Virus record (IMG/VR): IMGVR_UViG_3300020045_005628
Span: 1 to 46,581 of that record
DNA from: a virus
Taxonomy: Duplodnaviria; Caudoviricetes
Length of the DNA: 46,581 nucleotides
Reading direction: 5' to 3' (one strand)
Below, piece by piece: positions 25,322 to 35,248 of the stretch. The stretch's first letter is position 1. Each line of letters starts with the position of its first letter. Both the position numbers and the translations under genes were made by a program. Under the pieces are notes generated by a model. The model worked only from the letters and a program-made list of their open reading frames with translations. It ran no database searches and had not been told where the DNA came from.

Positions 25322-25579
25322 TTAGTGAAATGTGAAAGATTTTTTAATACTTTCTATTGTTTCTTTATTAAAACCTTGAACAAACAAAGCTATAATTATT
25401 AATGGAAAAGCAATTAAATATGACAATGGGTTGCGTTTATTTAATTCCCTTATTTTGTAATTCCTGAACACGCTTTCTGGATTTATTACAATTACGCTAG
25501 ATACGCGTATATTGATTAAAAATTTAAAGAAAACGCCTTGCTTATTTATTATTTCGTTTAAATACTCTTGTTTTGTCAT
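25322..25579 (-). CDS. Hypothetical membrane protein
   Basis: 85-aa ORF with one TM segment. Confidence 0.6.
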   Translation of the reverse strand: MTKQEYLNEIINKQGVFFKFLINIRVSSVIVINPESVFRNYKIRELNKRNPLSYLIAFPLIIIALFVQGFNKETIESIKKSFTFH

Positions 25580-25599
25580 AATTTATATTTGTTTTTAAG

Positions 25600-26030
25600 T
25601 TAATTACTGTTTAGGAGTTAATGTGTTGATGTTACTCATTCAATTACTCTTTAGATTTTAAGGTTAAGTGGTTGTTAAACGTAGTTACTAAAAGTAGACA
25701 AAAGTAACCACGTTTAAACTAAATCACTCTTCGAGTTTCTCGGAATCGTTTAGCCAAACTTTACACACAGCTATGAAAGCATTAGTTTAAAACTACTTTG
25801 TTGTATTTGCTGTGTTTAATTGCTCGATCCAATATTATTATCTAATAAAGTTTGTGAAGTTTTTTATTGTGAACCTGACTAAACACACAATAAGTTTTAA
25901 AAGTGGCGTATAAAACAAAACCCTTAAGACAAGGGCTGAAGTTGTTTTAAGGGTTGTATATGTTTCAAATACGAGATAAAAAACAGATTGGTTACAATCC
26001 GTTTTCAGCCCGTATTGCATTGCAAATATA
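25600..26030 (-). other. Structured non-coding region behind a promoter (TATATTTG 26023-26030)
   Basis: At least four hairpins and no convincing ORF. Confidence 0.45.
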
Positions 26031-26045
26031 ATCCTTATTTTGATA

Positions 26046-28580
26046 TTACAACAAATCCAATAAAGATTTTAATTCAGTAAGCGTTTCAGCAACATAGTTA
26101 TTTACAGATACCTTATTCCAAGGAATACTATTATAAAGTTTAAAATTCTCTAAATCATATAAAGCAATGTTGTAATCGTTTTCAATCCTGTAATTTAATT
26201 TACGCAATTTAGTTTCATCATTTACGGTAATTATACCCGATTCCTTAACAATAGTCAAATAAGCTTTTTGGAACTTTTCCTGCCCGCTAATCGTTAATTG
26301 TCTGCTTTTGTTCTCATAGCTCATTTTCATAGGATAAAGCTTTAAAACACGCTTATTATGGTCAATTGTACGTATGAAACCTCTTCTCATTCTTACATTA
26401 TCGTAAAGTGTTTTTACATCACTCATATCAACATTTGCAAAAACAACTCCCTCATACATAAATCGGGTTAAAATTGGGTCTAACGGGATAAAGTTTTCTT
26501 TTTCAATTACTCTTAATCCTGCGTATTCTGTTTCGCATTTCCCATTGTTTTTATAATAAGTGTTGGTCAATTCTTCATCGGCATGCGATAAGTTACAGGT
26601 TGCTAAAAACCTATCCCAATATTTACGAATCAACCTTTGAACTGAATAACGCAAATTACTGTATTTGTCAGGATTGATTAGGTTTGCAACCGCTGTAAAT
26701 CCTTCATTTGTACGATTGGTTAACGGAATAGTTTCCTGTTTAATTTCGTATGTGTAACGAGTTAAACGAATACCATCGTTAGCACTTGAAATAGAACCGC
26801 CACTTGTTCGTTGTAATTGCAATTCGGTATTTGCAACTAACGTAACGTTGTAAGTTCCGGCATTTGAATCTGGATATTCAATAGTAAATTCAGTATCTAC
26901 TTTGATACCTAAAACATTAAAATTAACCTCACCATTGCTACGTAACGACAATAAAAAACCTAAGTAAGTATGTTGCAAAGTAGTACTTTCAGTAAATTGT
27001 TGGTCGTTTTCTGTCGCTATCGTATCAATTGCAAACAACGTTTCATCATCCTGAGTGGCTGTATCTTTGCTTACTGCAGTCGATAATCTTTGCTGAACAT
27101 CTAATAAAATAGCGTCACGATTCCATTGTATTTTATTTTCAAAATGCCCTTCTGAATTAGTATCGTTAGTTGTAAGCGTGCTTTCTCCGTGAATCGTGCT
27201 TTCGGAATTAGGCTCAGTCGCTTCTTTTAATGATTGGTATTTCGAGAAGTTTAATTTAAAATCTACCAGGTGATACTTTGGATTTTTAACACGTTCTAAA
27301 GTTGAAAACTGCGTATAATCAAAGAAACCGCATTCCTTACCCGTGTAAAAATCTTCGTATATTCCAACAAAAACACGTCCGTCTAACTGAATTTCTGAAC
27401 TTGCATTGTGTTCCGGGCGAATACTTTTTTCAATATCATCCCAGCTTACATAAAATGGATCCGTTATGTTGCCACCTAATAGCTTACCGCTTGTGATAAC
27501 TGTATCATAAAATTCGCCTCCAAAGTCGTAACGTGGTGCGTAAACTTCTAATCCAGCGATTGACTTTGCAATCTGTTTCATTACGTCGATTAAACGGAAT
27601 GTTGGTGTAATTGTATTGTAAGCTGTTGATTGAGCAACTAATGAAACATCCGATTTGTTTAGTCTTATCGGAACCACTCCTGTACTAGATACCCTTAAAA
27701 ATAAATAAAGTTTTTCGCCTCTTTGGAAATCTCCTAAATTAACTGTAAAATCATCGTTAATATAAACATTTCCACTTGAACTGCTTTGTGTATATATGGT
27801 TGTATATGGTGTTGAATCATCTACTTCAGCAGTTGTTTTAATATATGCTATAGTTGCGTTTATGTCAGATTCATCAGATTCTATAAATACATCTAATTCT
27901 TTAATATTTAAAACTACATTTTTTAAATTAGATTGTGCAAGCAATATTTGCATTGCGCTTCTATTGTTAAAAGAATTATTCTCAAAAGGTACGAAACTAT
28001 CGGCAATTTCTGCGTCTACTAAAGATTGGGTTAAATTTACGTATGCCGTTAATACTCCGGATGCGAAAGTAATTAAAGGTGAGGCTAATTGCCAACTACT
28101 TGTTTGTTGACTTGGTTTAGCTTTCAAAAGCATATTTAAAGGCTGTAACGGCTCTATAAATTCTTTGTTTATACCAATAGCCGAAAACATATCTACTTTT
28201 GTTTCTGATCGTCTTTTAAATACTTGCAATTGGCTTTCTAAAATAACGGAACATTCGAAATAATCGTAATCATTCGTTTTGGCACCGTAAAAATCAAGTT
28301 GACCTTGATGTATTTGTCCGGTTTCTAATTGAACAAAAAACATGATGTTCGATTCTGAGCCTTTGAGCTGGTCGAAATATAATAGTTTCTCTAAGTAGTG
28401 GGTGCGTGTTTTTACGAACCTTAACGGAACTTTGCCCCCGCTTAAAGTTGAATCTCTGCCATCGCCATTTTCTTGCTGGTCTAAATTCCAATCTACAGAA
28501 CTGTAGCCAATGGCTTCATCGATATAGTATTTCTTTGTTGGTTCGTCAGGAAAAACCAACCAGAAGGTTTCTTTTGCCAT
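26046..28580 (-). CDS. Large tail/baseplate protein
   Basis: 844-aa beta-rich ORF immediately after the tape measure gene. Confidence 0.65.
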   Translation of the reverse strand: MAKETFWLVFPDEPTKKYYIDEAIGYSSVDWNLDQQENGDGRDSTLSGGKVPLRFVKTRTHYLEKLLYFDQLKGSESNIMFFVQLETGQIHQGQLDFYGAKTNDYDYFECSVILESQLQVFKRRSETKVDMFSAIGINKEFIEPLQPLNMLLKAKPSQQTSSWQLASPLITFASGVLTAYVNLTQSLVDAEIADSFVPFENNSFNNRSAMQILLAQSNLKNVVLNIKELDVFIESDESDINATIAYIKTTAEVDDSTPYTTIYTQSSSSGNVYINDDFTVNLGDFQRGEKLYLFLRVSSTGVVPIRLNKSDVSLVAQSTAYNTITPTFRLIDVMKQIAKSIAGLEVYAPRYDFGGEFYDTVITSGKLLGGNITDPFYVSWDDIEKSIRPEHNASSEIQLDGRVFVGIYEDFYTGKECGFFDYTQFSTLERVKNPKYHLVDFKLNFSKYQSLKEATEPNSESTIHGESTLTTNDTNSEGHFENKIQWNRDAILLDVQQRLSTAVSKDTATQDDETLFAIDTIATENDQQFTESTTLQHTYLGFLLSLRSNGEVNFNVLGIKVDTEFTIEYPDSNAGTYNVTLVANTELQLQRTSGGSISSANDGIRLTRYTYEIKQETIPLTNRTNEGFTAVANLINPDKYSNLRYSVQRLIRKYWDRFLATCNLSHADEELTNTYYKNNGKCETEYAGLRVIEKENFIPLDPILTRFMYEGVVFANVDMSDVKTLYDNVRMRRGFIRTIDHNKRVLKLYPMKMSYENKSRQLTISGQEKFQKAYLTIVKESGIITVNDETKLRKLNYRIENDYNIALYDLENFKLYNSIPWNKVSVNNYVAETLTELKSLLDLL

Positions 28581-28582
28581 AA

Positions 28583-31255
28583 TTATCTAAATCTTTGACC
28601 TTTTCCGTTAGATCTGTTTCTATTTAAAATTGTTTTGTTGCCTCCTTTTAAAATGTAAGCAGTTGCTCCCTGAGCATCAAAATTAGAATAATGTTGTGGT
28701 TGGCTGCCTAAAGTGTCCATTAAAACGTCATACATATCATCTTTGCTTAAGCCTGAATTATTGTTTATTACTGGTGCCATATCAATTCCTTTGCCTTGTA
28801 ACATTTCGGCTAATTTATCCTGCCACATTGAATGCGTATAAATTTCAGTTCCAGCCGGAGCATTCATAACTACATTTTTTCCTTGTGGCTTCATAATTTT
28901 ACCATCAGGAGTAACAACTGTTTCTTTGTAGTTTGGGCCTGAACCATCATTTACCATCATTAAACCCCCATCGTGAGTTCCTCCCATCCAATAACGAGGA
29001 ATGTCCTGACTTGCCACAAGTGCTGCCTGAGTTGCTCCCAAAGCCAATGCAAAAGCCGACCACGGCAAACCAAAAGTTAAAGGACTTTCCGCAACTGCCG
29101 AAATAACAGCCTGAGCCGTATCTATTGCAATATTAAATAAAGCCTGTTTTTGTTTTGCTTTTGCCTCACGGTAATCAATATCTTTTTTCTTTTTCTCTAA
29201 ATCTTCAGCAAGTTTTTCCTGAGCCGCTTTGTTATCACCAGCATATTTTAAAGCGACATCATACTGTTCTTGTAATCGGCTTTTTTCTCCTTCAAAGTTT
29301 TTGCTTGATGTTTCAGATATAAAATTAAAAACTTCCTGAGCACTTTCCATTATTGCATTAGTCGTAACTGCCCAATTTTTACCGAAACCTTCTATTTCTT
29401 TATTTATTAATTTAAATGTTTCTGTAAACCCACTATTTGACGCAAATTCTTCTGAAAAACTATGTAAATAATTTTTCATTGATTCGGTTAATTCGTCTAT
29501 TTGTTTTTTAGCAACTTCAGGAGCATCGCCTAATATTTTAACATCGGCTGTAGGTTTTTTATTTAATTGGTCTCTTAGCTTTATTAATTGTTCTAATTGA
29601 GCATTTACAATTGGAATGGTTGTAGCATTTCCTGTTATTTGTTCCGTTGTTAATCTATTAATTTCGGCATCTATTTCGTCTTTTAAGGTTCCTACTGTTT
29701 TTAAATAACTTTCAAGACCTTCAATATCTTCTCTTCTTTCTTTTTTTACTTTAGCAGCTTTTTTGTCTGCTTCGTCTTTTCCGTCAGGACCAAGTTTTCC
29801 AGATAATTCTACCTGTCTTTTATATCCTCTTATTAATATTTCGTTTTCCGCTTCCTGTTGCTCTGTTAATGCTTTTAAAGCAGCTAATTTTCTTTCACGT
29901 GTAGTTTGAAATTGAACTTTTGCATTTAACAAATATGCTTCTTTTTGTTCTTTATTTGTCACGTCATTAAAAGATTGTAATGCTTTTTGATAACCTAACA
30001 AATCATTATTTAACTCTCCTATAAGCTTTTTACGTTCTTTAAAATCAGACTGAGCTTTTTTACTTATTTCTTCCTCAATACCACGAGCAACAGCAGCAGC
30101 CATTATATTTTTAGCAAGTTCCTTCATTTGATCAGAAGTTTCACCGGCCAATATAGCTTCCTCGGATAAATTACCTAAATAATGTGGATAAAGTTCCTGC
30201 ATTTCTTTAACAGCTCGTTTCCTTGCCTCCATTGGCAGTGCTAAATCTTCGGCTGTAGATGCTAATAATTGTAAGTGAGTTATTTCATCAGAAGTGTTTT
30301 TGTCTGCGTCGGCTTGTGCTTTATTTAATGATAATTGAGCCTTAGCAACTGCGCTCAATGAATTATCCGCTTTATTTAACGATCCAATCCACTTAACTAC
30401 AGTTCCTCCATAAACGGTAAGTAAAGTGATTCCAATACTTAACAATGTTTGCAAACTAAATACCGCCCCCGCTAATTTGCCTAAAACAGATACGGGCTTT
30501 TCTCCCTCAGCTATTAGCTGTTTATTTTGCATCCGTATCTTATTTATTTCGTCAGATATTGGAGCTATATTATTTGATATACCTAAAAAGAAAGTGTTTA
30601 ACGATACGGCTGCTGCCGGCAACTCTCTAGTTAATTGATTTACTGAATTACCAAAACTATTAAATCCACTTGCATAATTACCTACATTTCGTGTATTTTT
30701 TCCAATTTGAGCATCAGTTAATTTTAATGCGTTTTGATACGTGTTTATCCTGGTAGTTAAAGATTGTAACTGTTTTTCTTCTTTTGAAGATAATGTACCG
30801 CCTAATTCTTTTTTTATAGCTAAATCATTGTAAGTTTTAGTAAGAGCTTTAACATGTTGCTCAGTTACAGCATATAAACCGTTTGTTTTTTGCATTTGCG
30901 CCTGTTCTTTTTTGGCGTTTTTATCAAAAGTATCAAATGCTTTTTCCCTTTGTTGTTGTAAACGTATTTCCGCTAAACGTGTTTGCTCTATTTTTTTTTG
31001 AACAGTATCATTAAGCGAAACGTATTTAGCTTTTAAAGCATCTAATTCTGCGCTTATTTTAGCCGAATCAGTTCCTTTGTTATTTACAGCAGTAGGAGTT
31101 AAATTATTTGTTGCTGCTGCAATTTTTTTACCGCTATCTATAACGTTTTGCGCCACATCAGCCAATTTTTTATCCAATAAATCAACTCTTGCAATAATAG
31201 CATCTACACCTTTTAAAGCGTCCTGAGTTACAATAATATCAATAGGATTTGCCAT
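28583..31255 (-). CDS. Tape measure protein
   Basis: ~890 aa helical, Ala/Lys/Gln-rich; RNVGNY, Q..RELPA....NTFF..ISNN and FNIAIDTAQA...IPRY..G motifs; start set at MANPID. Confidence 0.85.
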   Translation of the reverse strand: MANPIDIIVTQDALKGVDAIIARVDLLDKKLADVAQNVIDSGKKIAAATNNLTPTAVNNKGTDSAKISAELDALKAKYVSLNDTVQKKIEQTRLAEIRLQQQREKAFDTFDKNAKKEQAQMQKTNGLYAVTEQHVKALTKTYNDLAIKKELGGTLSSKEEKQLQSLTTRINTYQNALKLTDAQIGKNTRNVGNYASGFNSFGNSVNQLTRELPAAAVSLNTFFLGISNNIAPISDEINKIRMQNKQLIAEGEKPVSVLGKLAGAVFSLQTLLSIGITLLTVYGGTVVKWIGSLNKADNSLSAVAKAQLSLNKAQADADKNTSDEITHLQLLASTAEDLALPMEARKRAVKEMQELYPHYLGNLSEEAILAGETSDQMKELAKNIMAAAVARGIEEEISKKAQSDFKERKKLIGELNNDLLGYQKALQSFNDVTNKEQKEAYLLNAKVQFQTTRERKLAALKALTEQQEAENEILIRGYKRQVELSGKLGPDGKDEADKKAAKVKKERREDIEGLESYLKTVGTLKDEIDAEINRLTTEQITGNATTIPIVNAQLEQLIKLRDQLNKKPTADVKILGDAPEVAKKQIDELTESMKNYLHSFSEEFASNSGFTETFKLINKEIEGFGKNWAVTTNAIMESAQEVFNFISETSSKNFEGEKSRLQEQYDVALKYAGDNKAAQEKLAEDLEKKKKDIDYREAKAKQKQALFNIAIDTAQAVISAVAESPLTFGLPWSAFALALGATQAALVASQDIPRYWMGGTHDGGLMMVNDGSGPNYKETVVTPDGKIMKPQGKNVVMNAPAGTEIYTHSMWQDKLAEMLQGKGIDMAPVINNNSGLSKDDMYDVLMDTLGSQPQHYSNFDAQGATAYILKGGNKTILNRNRSNGKGQRFR

Positions 31256-31269
31256 AAGTAATAATAAAT

Positions 31270-31325
31270 AAAAAACGGACAAAATACATTTCTGTACCTT
31301 GTCCGTGTTGTTGTGTGTAAATTTA
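31270..31325 (-). promoter_or_regulatory. Promoter plus leader terminator hairpin upstream of the tape measure gene
   Basis: -7-like TAAATTTA 31318-31325; AACACGGACAA...TTGTCCGTTTTTT. Confidence 0.6.
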
Positions 31326-31331
31326 CGTAAT

Positions 31332-32024
31332 TTATTCTTTAGTTTGGTTTCTTTTATTACTTTCGTTTGTTTCATGCGCAGTCTTCTGCATTTCAATCCA
31401 ATATGCTTGCGAAATAACTTTCGGGTCGTGATAATCTCGATTTAATATTTGGCAAACAATAATAATATCTTTGTTTAAACTACGGGTTATTTTTTTGCCA
31501 TCTGCCTTAATTTCGTCTATTAATAATAATATTTTTGTTTTAATTCCTTCGACTTGCTGAAAATAGCGTTCTAAATCGGCTTTATCCTGCATTACATTGT
31601 TTAATTCAGGTATTTTAAAGCCTAATTTAGATAGTTTTTGAATGAATATTAAACGGGATTCCATTTGATCATTACTAAAACCCATCCACATTCGCTGCAA
31701 TATTGTTTTTACAACATCGTAACGTTCGGCATAGTCGTAAATCAGCATTCTTTTTTGCAGAATATCATTAAATTTATCATCAGCCATTAACGCAAATGCT
31801 TCATCTTCTAACTTTTTTCGTATTTCATCAAGTCGAACATCTTTGATTCTTTTTTGTCTGCCATCGAAACCATCACGAAGCCAATTAACATCGTTTTCCT
31901 CTTGCAATTTGTTCCAATTCCATGCACTTACTAAATCCAGTGAGTTTAAATATTCTGTTGGTTCTTTTGGCTTTGATAACAGGAATTTTATTTTGCTTAA
32001 TAATGATTTAAAATATAGTTTCAT
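31332..32024 (-). CDS. Putative tail assembly chaperone
   Basis: Helical 230-aa ORF directly before the tape measure gene. Confidence 0.45.
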   Translation of the reverse strand: MKLYFKSLLSKIKFLLSKPKEPTEYLNSLDLVSAWNWNKLQEENDVNWLRDGFDGRQKRIKDVRLDEIRKKLEDEAFALMADDKFNDILQKRMLIYDYAERYDVVKTILQRMWMGFSNDQMESRLIFIQKLSKLGFKIPELNNVMQDKADLERYFQQVEGIKTKILLLIDEIKADGKKITRSLNKDIIIVCQILNRDYHDPKVISQAYWIEMQKTAHETNESNKRNQTKE

Positions 32025-32477
32025 TTATATGTAAGTGTTGATGTATTTCATTAATGGGTTGTAAATAATATCATAATTCAATCTATACTGATTCTCTTTT
32101 GTTAATCCGATAAACTCGGCTCCTGTCATTTCTAATAAATCATCAATCTTTCCGGATGAATCAGTATTGTAAATAATTAGCTTTGTTCCTTCAACGCGCA
32201 ATTCGAAATCATTGTATAATCGGCCAGTATCTAAAAAATTGTATCGTTTACCGATTGATTTAGGGTAGCCACGTAATAATGAACCGTTTTTAGGCTTGTG
32301 GTTTGATGAATAAACACCTAAAACACCGCCAAATATATTAATTCCTTTATCGTGTAACTGATCTTCTGTATTGAGTGCAATTATTTCTACTTCATTTGCA
32401 TAAATAATCTTGCTCGTTTCTGAAACAAGATTATTTTTTAGTGTTTTAAGATTGTTTAAATATTGCGTTGTAGTCAT
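32025..32477 (-). CDS. Putative neck/tail-completion protein (HK97 gp10-like)
   Basis: N.LDTG.LY....and GLT.EN motifs typical of virion morphogenesis proteins. Confidence 0.5.
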   Translation of the reverse strand: MTTTQYLNNLKTLKNNLVSETSKIIYANEVEIIALNTEDQLHDKGINIFGGVLGVYSSNHKPKNGSLLRGYPKSIGKRYNFLDTGRLYNDFELRVEGTKLIIYNTDSSGKIDDLLEMTGAEFIGLTKENQYRLNYDIIYNPLMKYINTYI

Positions 32478-32773
32478 TACGAAAACAGTTTTTCAAAGTT
32501 CTTAATGTAAACCGGCATGTTGTGAATTAAAACGTCTTGGTTGTCGCTATGCTTTATTACTGAATCAAAACATTCATCGAGTGAAGCAGGATCTGTTTTA
32601 GTGGTCATTTCAAACGGCCTGCCAACCAATAAGCCATTAAATGCCTCCATTATAATGGTGCATTCCTCAAAGCGTTCTTTTCGCTCCAACTTAGCCAACG
32701 TATGCAATGCCGGATACCATCCATAAGAATAGATTCCTTTGACTACTTTTTCTAATGTTACGGATGGTTGCAT
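32477..32773 (-). CDS. Hypothetical protein
   Basis: 98-aa coupled ORF. Confidence 0.65.
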   Translation of the reverse strand: MQPSVTLEKVVKGIYSYGWYPALHTLAKLERKERFEECTIIMEAFNGLLVGRPFEMTTKTDPASLDECFDSVIKHSDNQDVLIHNMPVYIKNFEKLFS

Positions 32774-32776
32774 AGG

Positions 32777-33118
32777 CTATGTATTTATGTTTCCAAATTC
32801 ATCTTCAAATAATTCGCTATCTACCCTATCGCACCAACAAACAGAACAGTACCAATCTTTTGAATAAGTATCTGAATCGCATTCAGGGCAATATTCTATC
32901 TTGTTGCCTTTAAATTTTGATTCGTTTAGTTTATAATTACCGCACGTATCACTTCTTAAAACCTCTTTTTTATTTATTCCGCAAATAAATACGGTATATT
33001 TTCCGTAATTAGGGTTTAGGTTTTCGCCTGTTACGTTGCTTTTTTTATCGAAGGTGTAGAAACGGCTTTTTAATGTAGCTTTTACACACGAAGAACAGCT
33101 CGTTTTTATTTCGCACAT
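32777..33118 (-). CDS. Cys-rich Zn-finger protein
   Basis: CSSC, CPEC, CSVCWC; promoter at 33141-33148. Confidence 0.65.
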   Translation of the reverse strand: MCEIKTSCSSCVKATLKSRFYTFDKKSNVTGENLNPNYGKYTVFICGINKKEVLRSDTCGNYKLNESKFKGNKIEYCPECDSDTYSKDWYCSVCWCDRVDSELFEDEFGNINT

Positions 33119-33150
33119 TGGATTTATGTTTTTGGTATTACAAATATAGC

Positions 33151-33183
33151 AAAAAAACCGCTTACGTTTAAATAAGCGGTTTT
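33151..33183. terminator. Bidirectional-type intrinsic terminator
   Basis: AAAAAAACCGCTTA...TAAGCGGTTTT. Confidence 0.8.
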
Positions 33184-33213
33184 AATAGATAGTTTCCTCC
33201 GTTCTGTTAAAGG

Positions 33214-33480
33214 TTAAAAAGAAATATTTGCAAATGTTTTGCCGTTTTCATTCATGATGTAGTTTACATCACCTAAATAAATTGCGTGTCGACTATTTTT
33301 ATAGTAAACAAACGCAAAACATTTAGATTTTTCTTTGTCGTATTCTTCATCAAAAACCTCTTTGTGCCATAATTTAAAAACGTCCTCCGCTTTTTCAATA
33401 TGCACAACTTCGTACCAATCGCCTAAACTTGTATTAATCTCACGACCATTGTCTTTAATCTGTCTTAATGTGTAATCCAT
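33214..33480 (-). CDS. Moron-like hypothetical protein with its own promoter and terminator
   Basis: 88 aa ending YIMNENGKTF; -7-like element 33513-33520; flanked by terminators. Confidence 0.7.
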   Translation of the reverse strand: MDYTLRQIKDNGREINTSLGDWYEVVHIEKAEDVFKLWHKEVFDEEYDKEKSKCFAFVYYKNSRHAIYLGDVNYIMNENGKTFANISF

Positions 33481-33522
33481 AGTTAAATATTTTTATGTGT
33501 TTATGTATGACGTAAATATAAT

Positions 33523-33553
33523 AAAAAAACCGTTACCAAGCGATAACGGTTTT
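33523..33553. terminator. Intrinsic terminator after the major tail gene
   Basis: AAAAAAACCGTTA...TAACGGTTTT. Confidence 0.8.
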
Positions 33554-33589
33554 CCTCCAAAAACATCAAAAACTATGAAAAAACCAAAA

Positions 33590-34513
33590 TTAAGCAGCGA
33601 CTACCGTACCCGTAATACCTTTGTATAAAATACCTGCTGCCGGAATCAATACAACTTTTTTACCGAAAGTATTTTTAGTATCTATCGTATAAGTTGCTGC
33701 CGTTGCTGCCGGTATTGTAAACGTATAAGTTTTTGCGTTGGCATCTGCCACAACCGCAGAAGCTACAACCGGAACACCACCTTTTGCAATTGCGAAATCA
33801 GCTAAAACCATTCCATCCGCAAAGTGTGATTTATCTACCAAAAGAGCTTTTACGACTAATGAGGTTGCAGATACCGCCAATGGCGAAGGCGTTAACGAAA
33901 CATCGTTGTAACCGTCTAAATCGCTAATGCTGTAGTCAACTGAATCACCCGTTACCCATGTAGCACGCTCCATTTGCGTAACATCATCGCCAAATTGAAT
34001 AGTCATTTTAAATTCAGCAGAATTGTTTCCTTCAGTACCTTTGTATTGGCCCGTGAATATCATGTTTGTAGTGAATCCTTTGATAAGACCACCTTTGCTT
34101 TGTGTCATTACTTTGTTCCCTTTAATATCATAAAGAGCAACATTGTATGCACCGCTTGAATTAAATCGTCTTAATGCTTTCCAAAAGTTCATTCCTTTTT
34201 TCTTAAACATGATATCATATTTATAAGGAAGTTCACCATCAACACTTTCTAATCCGGAACCTTCAGCAGTTGAAATAGTAGGTTCTACAGGAACCAAATT
34301 AAAACTATCAGCACCTTTGATTATAAAGATATCTTCATTTTGCTGCATATCGTAAATGTTATCCAAAGTCAATTCTTCGGTATAAACAAAACTTGTTGCG
34401 CTAAGTTCAATTGCTACAACTCGATCCCAGTCGAATTTACACGCTTTTTGTCCGGTTCCAAGCAATTCACTTGCCCCGCACTCGATTACATTAATTTGGT
34501 CTGCTAATGCCAT
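33590..34513 (-). CDS. Putative major tail (tube) protein with C-terminal Ig-like extension
   Basis: 307 aa, Ala/Val/Thr-rich C-terminus; followed by a terminator; synteny. Confidence 0.65.
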   Translation of the reverse strand: MALADQINVIECGASELLGTGQKACKFDWDRVVAIELSATSFVYTEELTLDNIYDMQQNEDIFIIKGADSFNLVPVEPTISTAEGSGLESVDGELPYKYDIMFKKKGMNFWKALRRFNSSGAYNVALYDIKGNKVMTQSKGGLIKGFTTNMIFTGQYKGTEGNNSAEFKMTIQFGDDVTQMERATWVTGDSVDYSISDLDGYNDVSLTPSPLAVSATSLVVKALLVDKSHFADGMVLADFAIAKGGVPVVASAVVADANAKTYTFTIPAATAATYTIDTKNTFGKKVVLIPAAGILYKGITGTVVAA

Positions 34514-34724
34514 GTTTATTCACGATTTTATTAGTTAATAAATAATTTTCTAAGTCGCTGCCAACCTCAACATTAACCACCGCACCAGGCGAATGAATCT
34601 CTTTTAAAGTAACTTCTTTGATAACCGTGTAATCCTTAGTTTCAACTTTAGATTTTTTAGTTTCTTTCGCTACTTCAGGCGTGTTTTTAGGCTCTTTTTC
34701 AGCCTGTTTATTTTCTTCTAACAT
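34491..34724 (-). CDS. Small structural-module protein
   Basis: 77-aa coupled ORF. Confidence 0.6.
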   Translation of the reverse strand: MLEENKQAEKEPKNTPEVAKETKKSKVETKDYTVIKEVTLKEIHSPGAVVNVEVGSDLENYLLTNKIVNKHGISRPN

Positions 34725-35248
34725 AATGTGTCGTTTAAAGTGAAATCTGTTATGTTTAATGTTAATTTGAATACATGATAAGGTTGTTGGTCATTTCTAA
34801 AAGTGAAATCATAACCCTGAAAAACTTTATCTACATCGGTTACAACTTGAATATTTAAACCGATTTCTCCAAAAGTCTGTAAAACATTCAATACATCAAC
34901 TCTTACTTCATTATCGCCTCTATTTTTTAATGTTGGCTTACATTGATCTAAATTCAATATGAAATACAAATCAATATCCGTAGTAAACGAATCGAGCGTT
35001 GTTTGTGTTTGGTTATTGTCAGCAGTAAAAAAGAACTTATTGCCTTCTAAATGAATCAAACTTTTATATTCGTTTTTCCCTTTGTAAAATTCAATACTCT
35101 TTTTGTTTTCACGTTGAATATTATAGCATCTTGGATAACCGTCTAAATTTACGTCCCATTTAGGCTGTAGTACATCATATAATTTCTTTTGGATATTATA
35201 AATCGTTGTGTCTAATCCTATTGGATTTGTGATTAAATTGTTGGCCAT
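34718..35248 (-). CDS. Putative tail terminator/head-tail connector
   Basis: 176 aa, located upstream of the tail tube gene. Confidence 0.45.
   Translation of the reverse strand: MANNLITNPIGLDTTIYNIQKKLYDVLQPKWDVNLDGYPRCYNIQRENKKSIEFYKGKNEYKSLIHLEGNKFFFTADNNQTQTTLDSFTTDIDLYFILNLDQCKPTLKNRGDNEVRVDVLNVLQTFGEIGLNIQVVTDVDKVFQGYDFTFRNDQQPYHVFKLTLNITDFTLNDTLC

Noticed and set aside
25838-26020. 60-aa minus-strand ORF
   Set aside because: It runs through two terminator-like hairpins and has no recognisable protein features; treated as non-coding pending data
31256-31396. N-terminal extension of the tape measure ORF or a chaperone-TMP frameshift fusion
   Set aside because: The extension runs through a promoter and terminator-like hairpin; MANPID at 31255 is the better start, and no clear slippery site was identified
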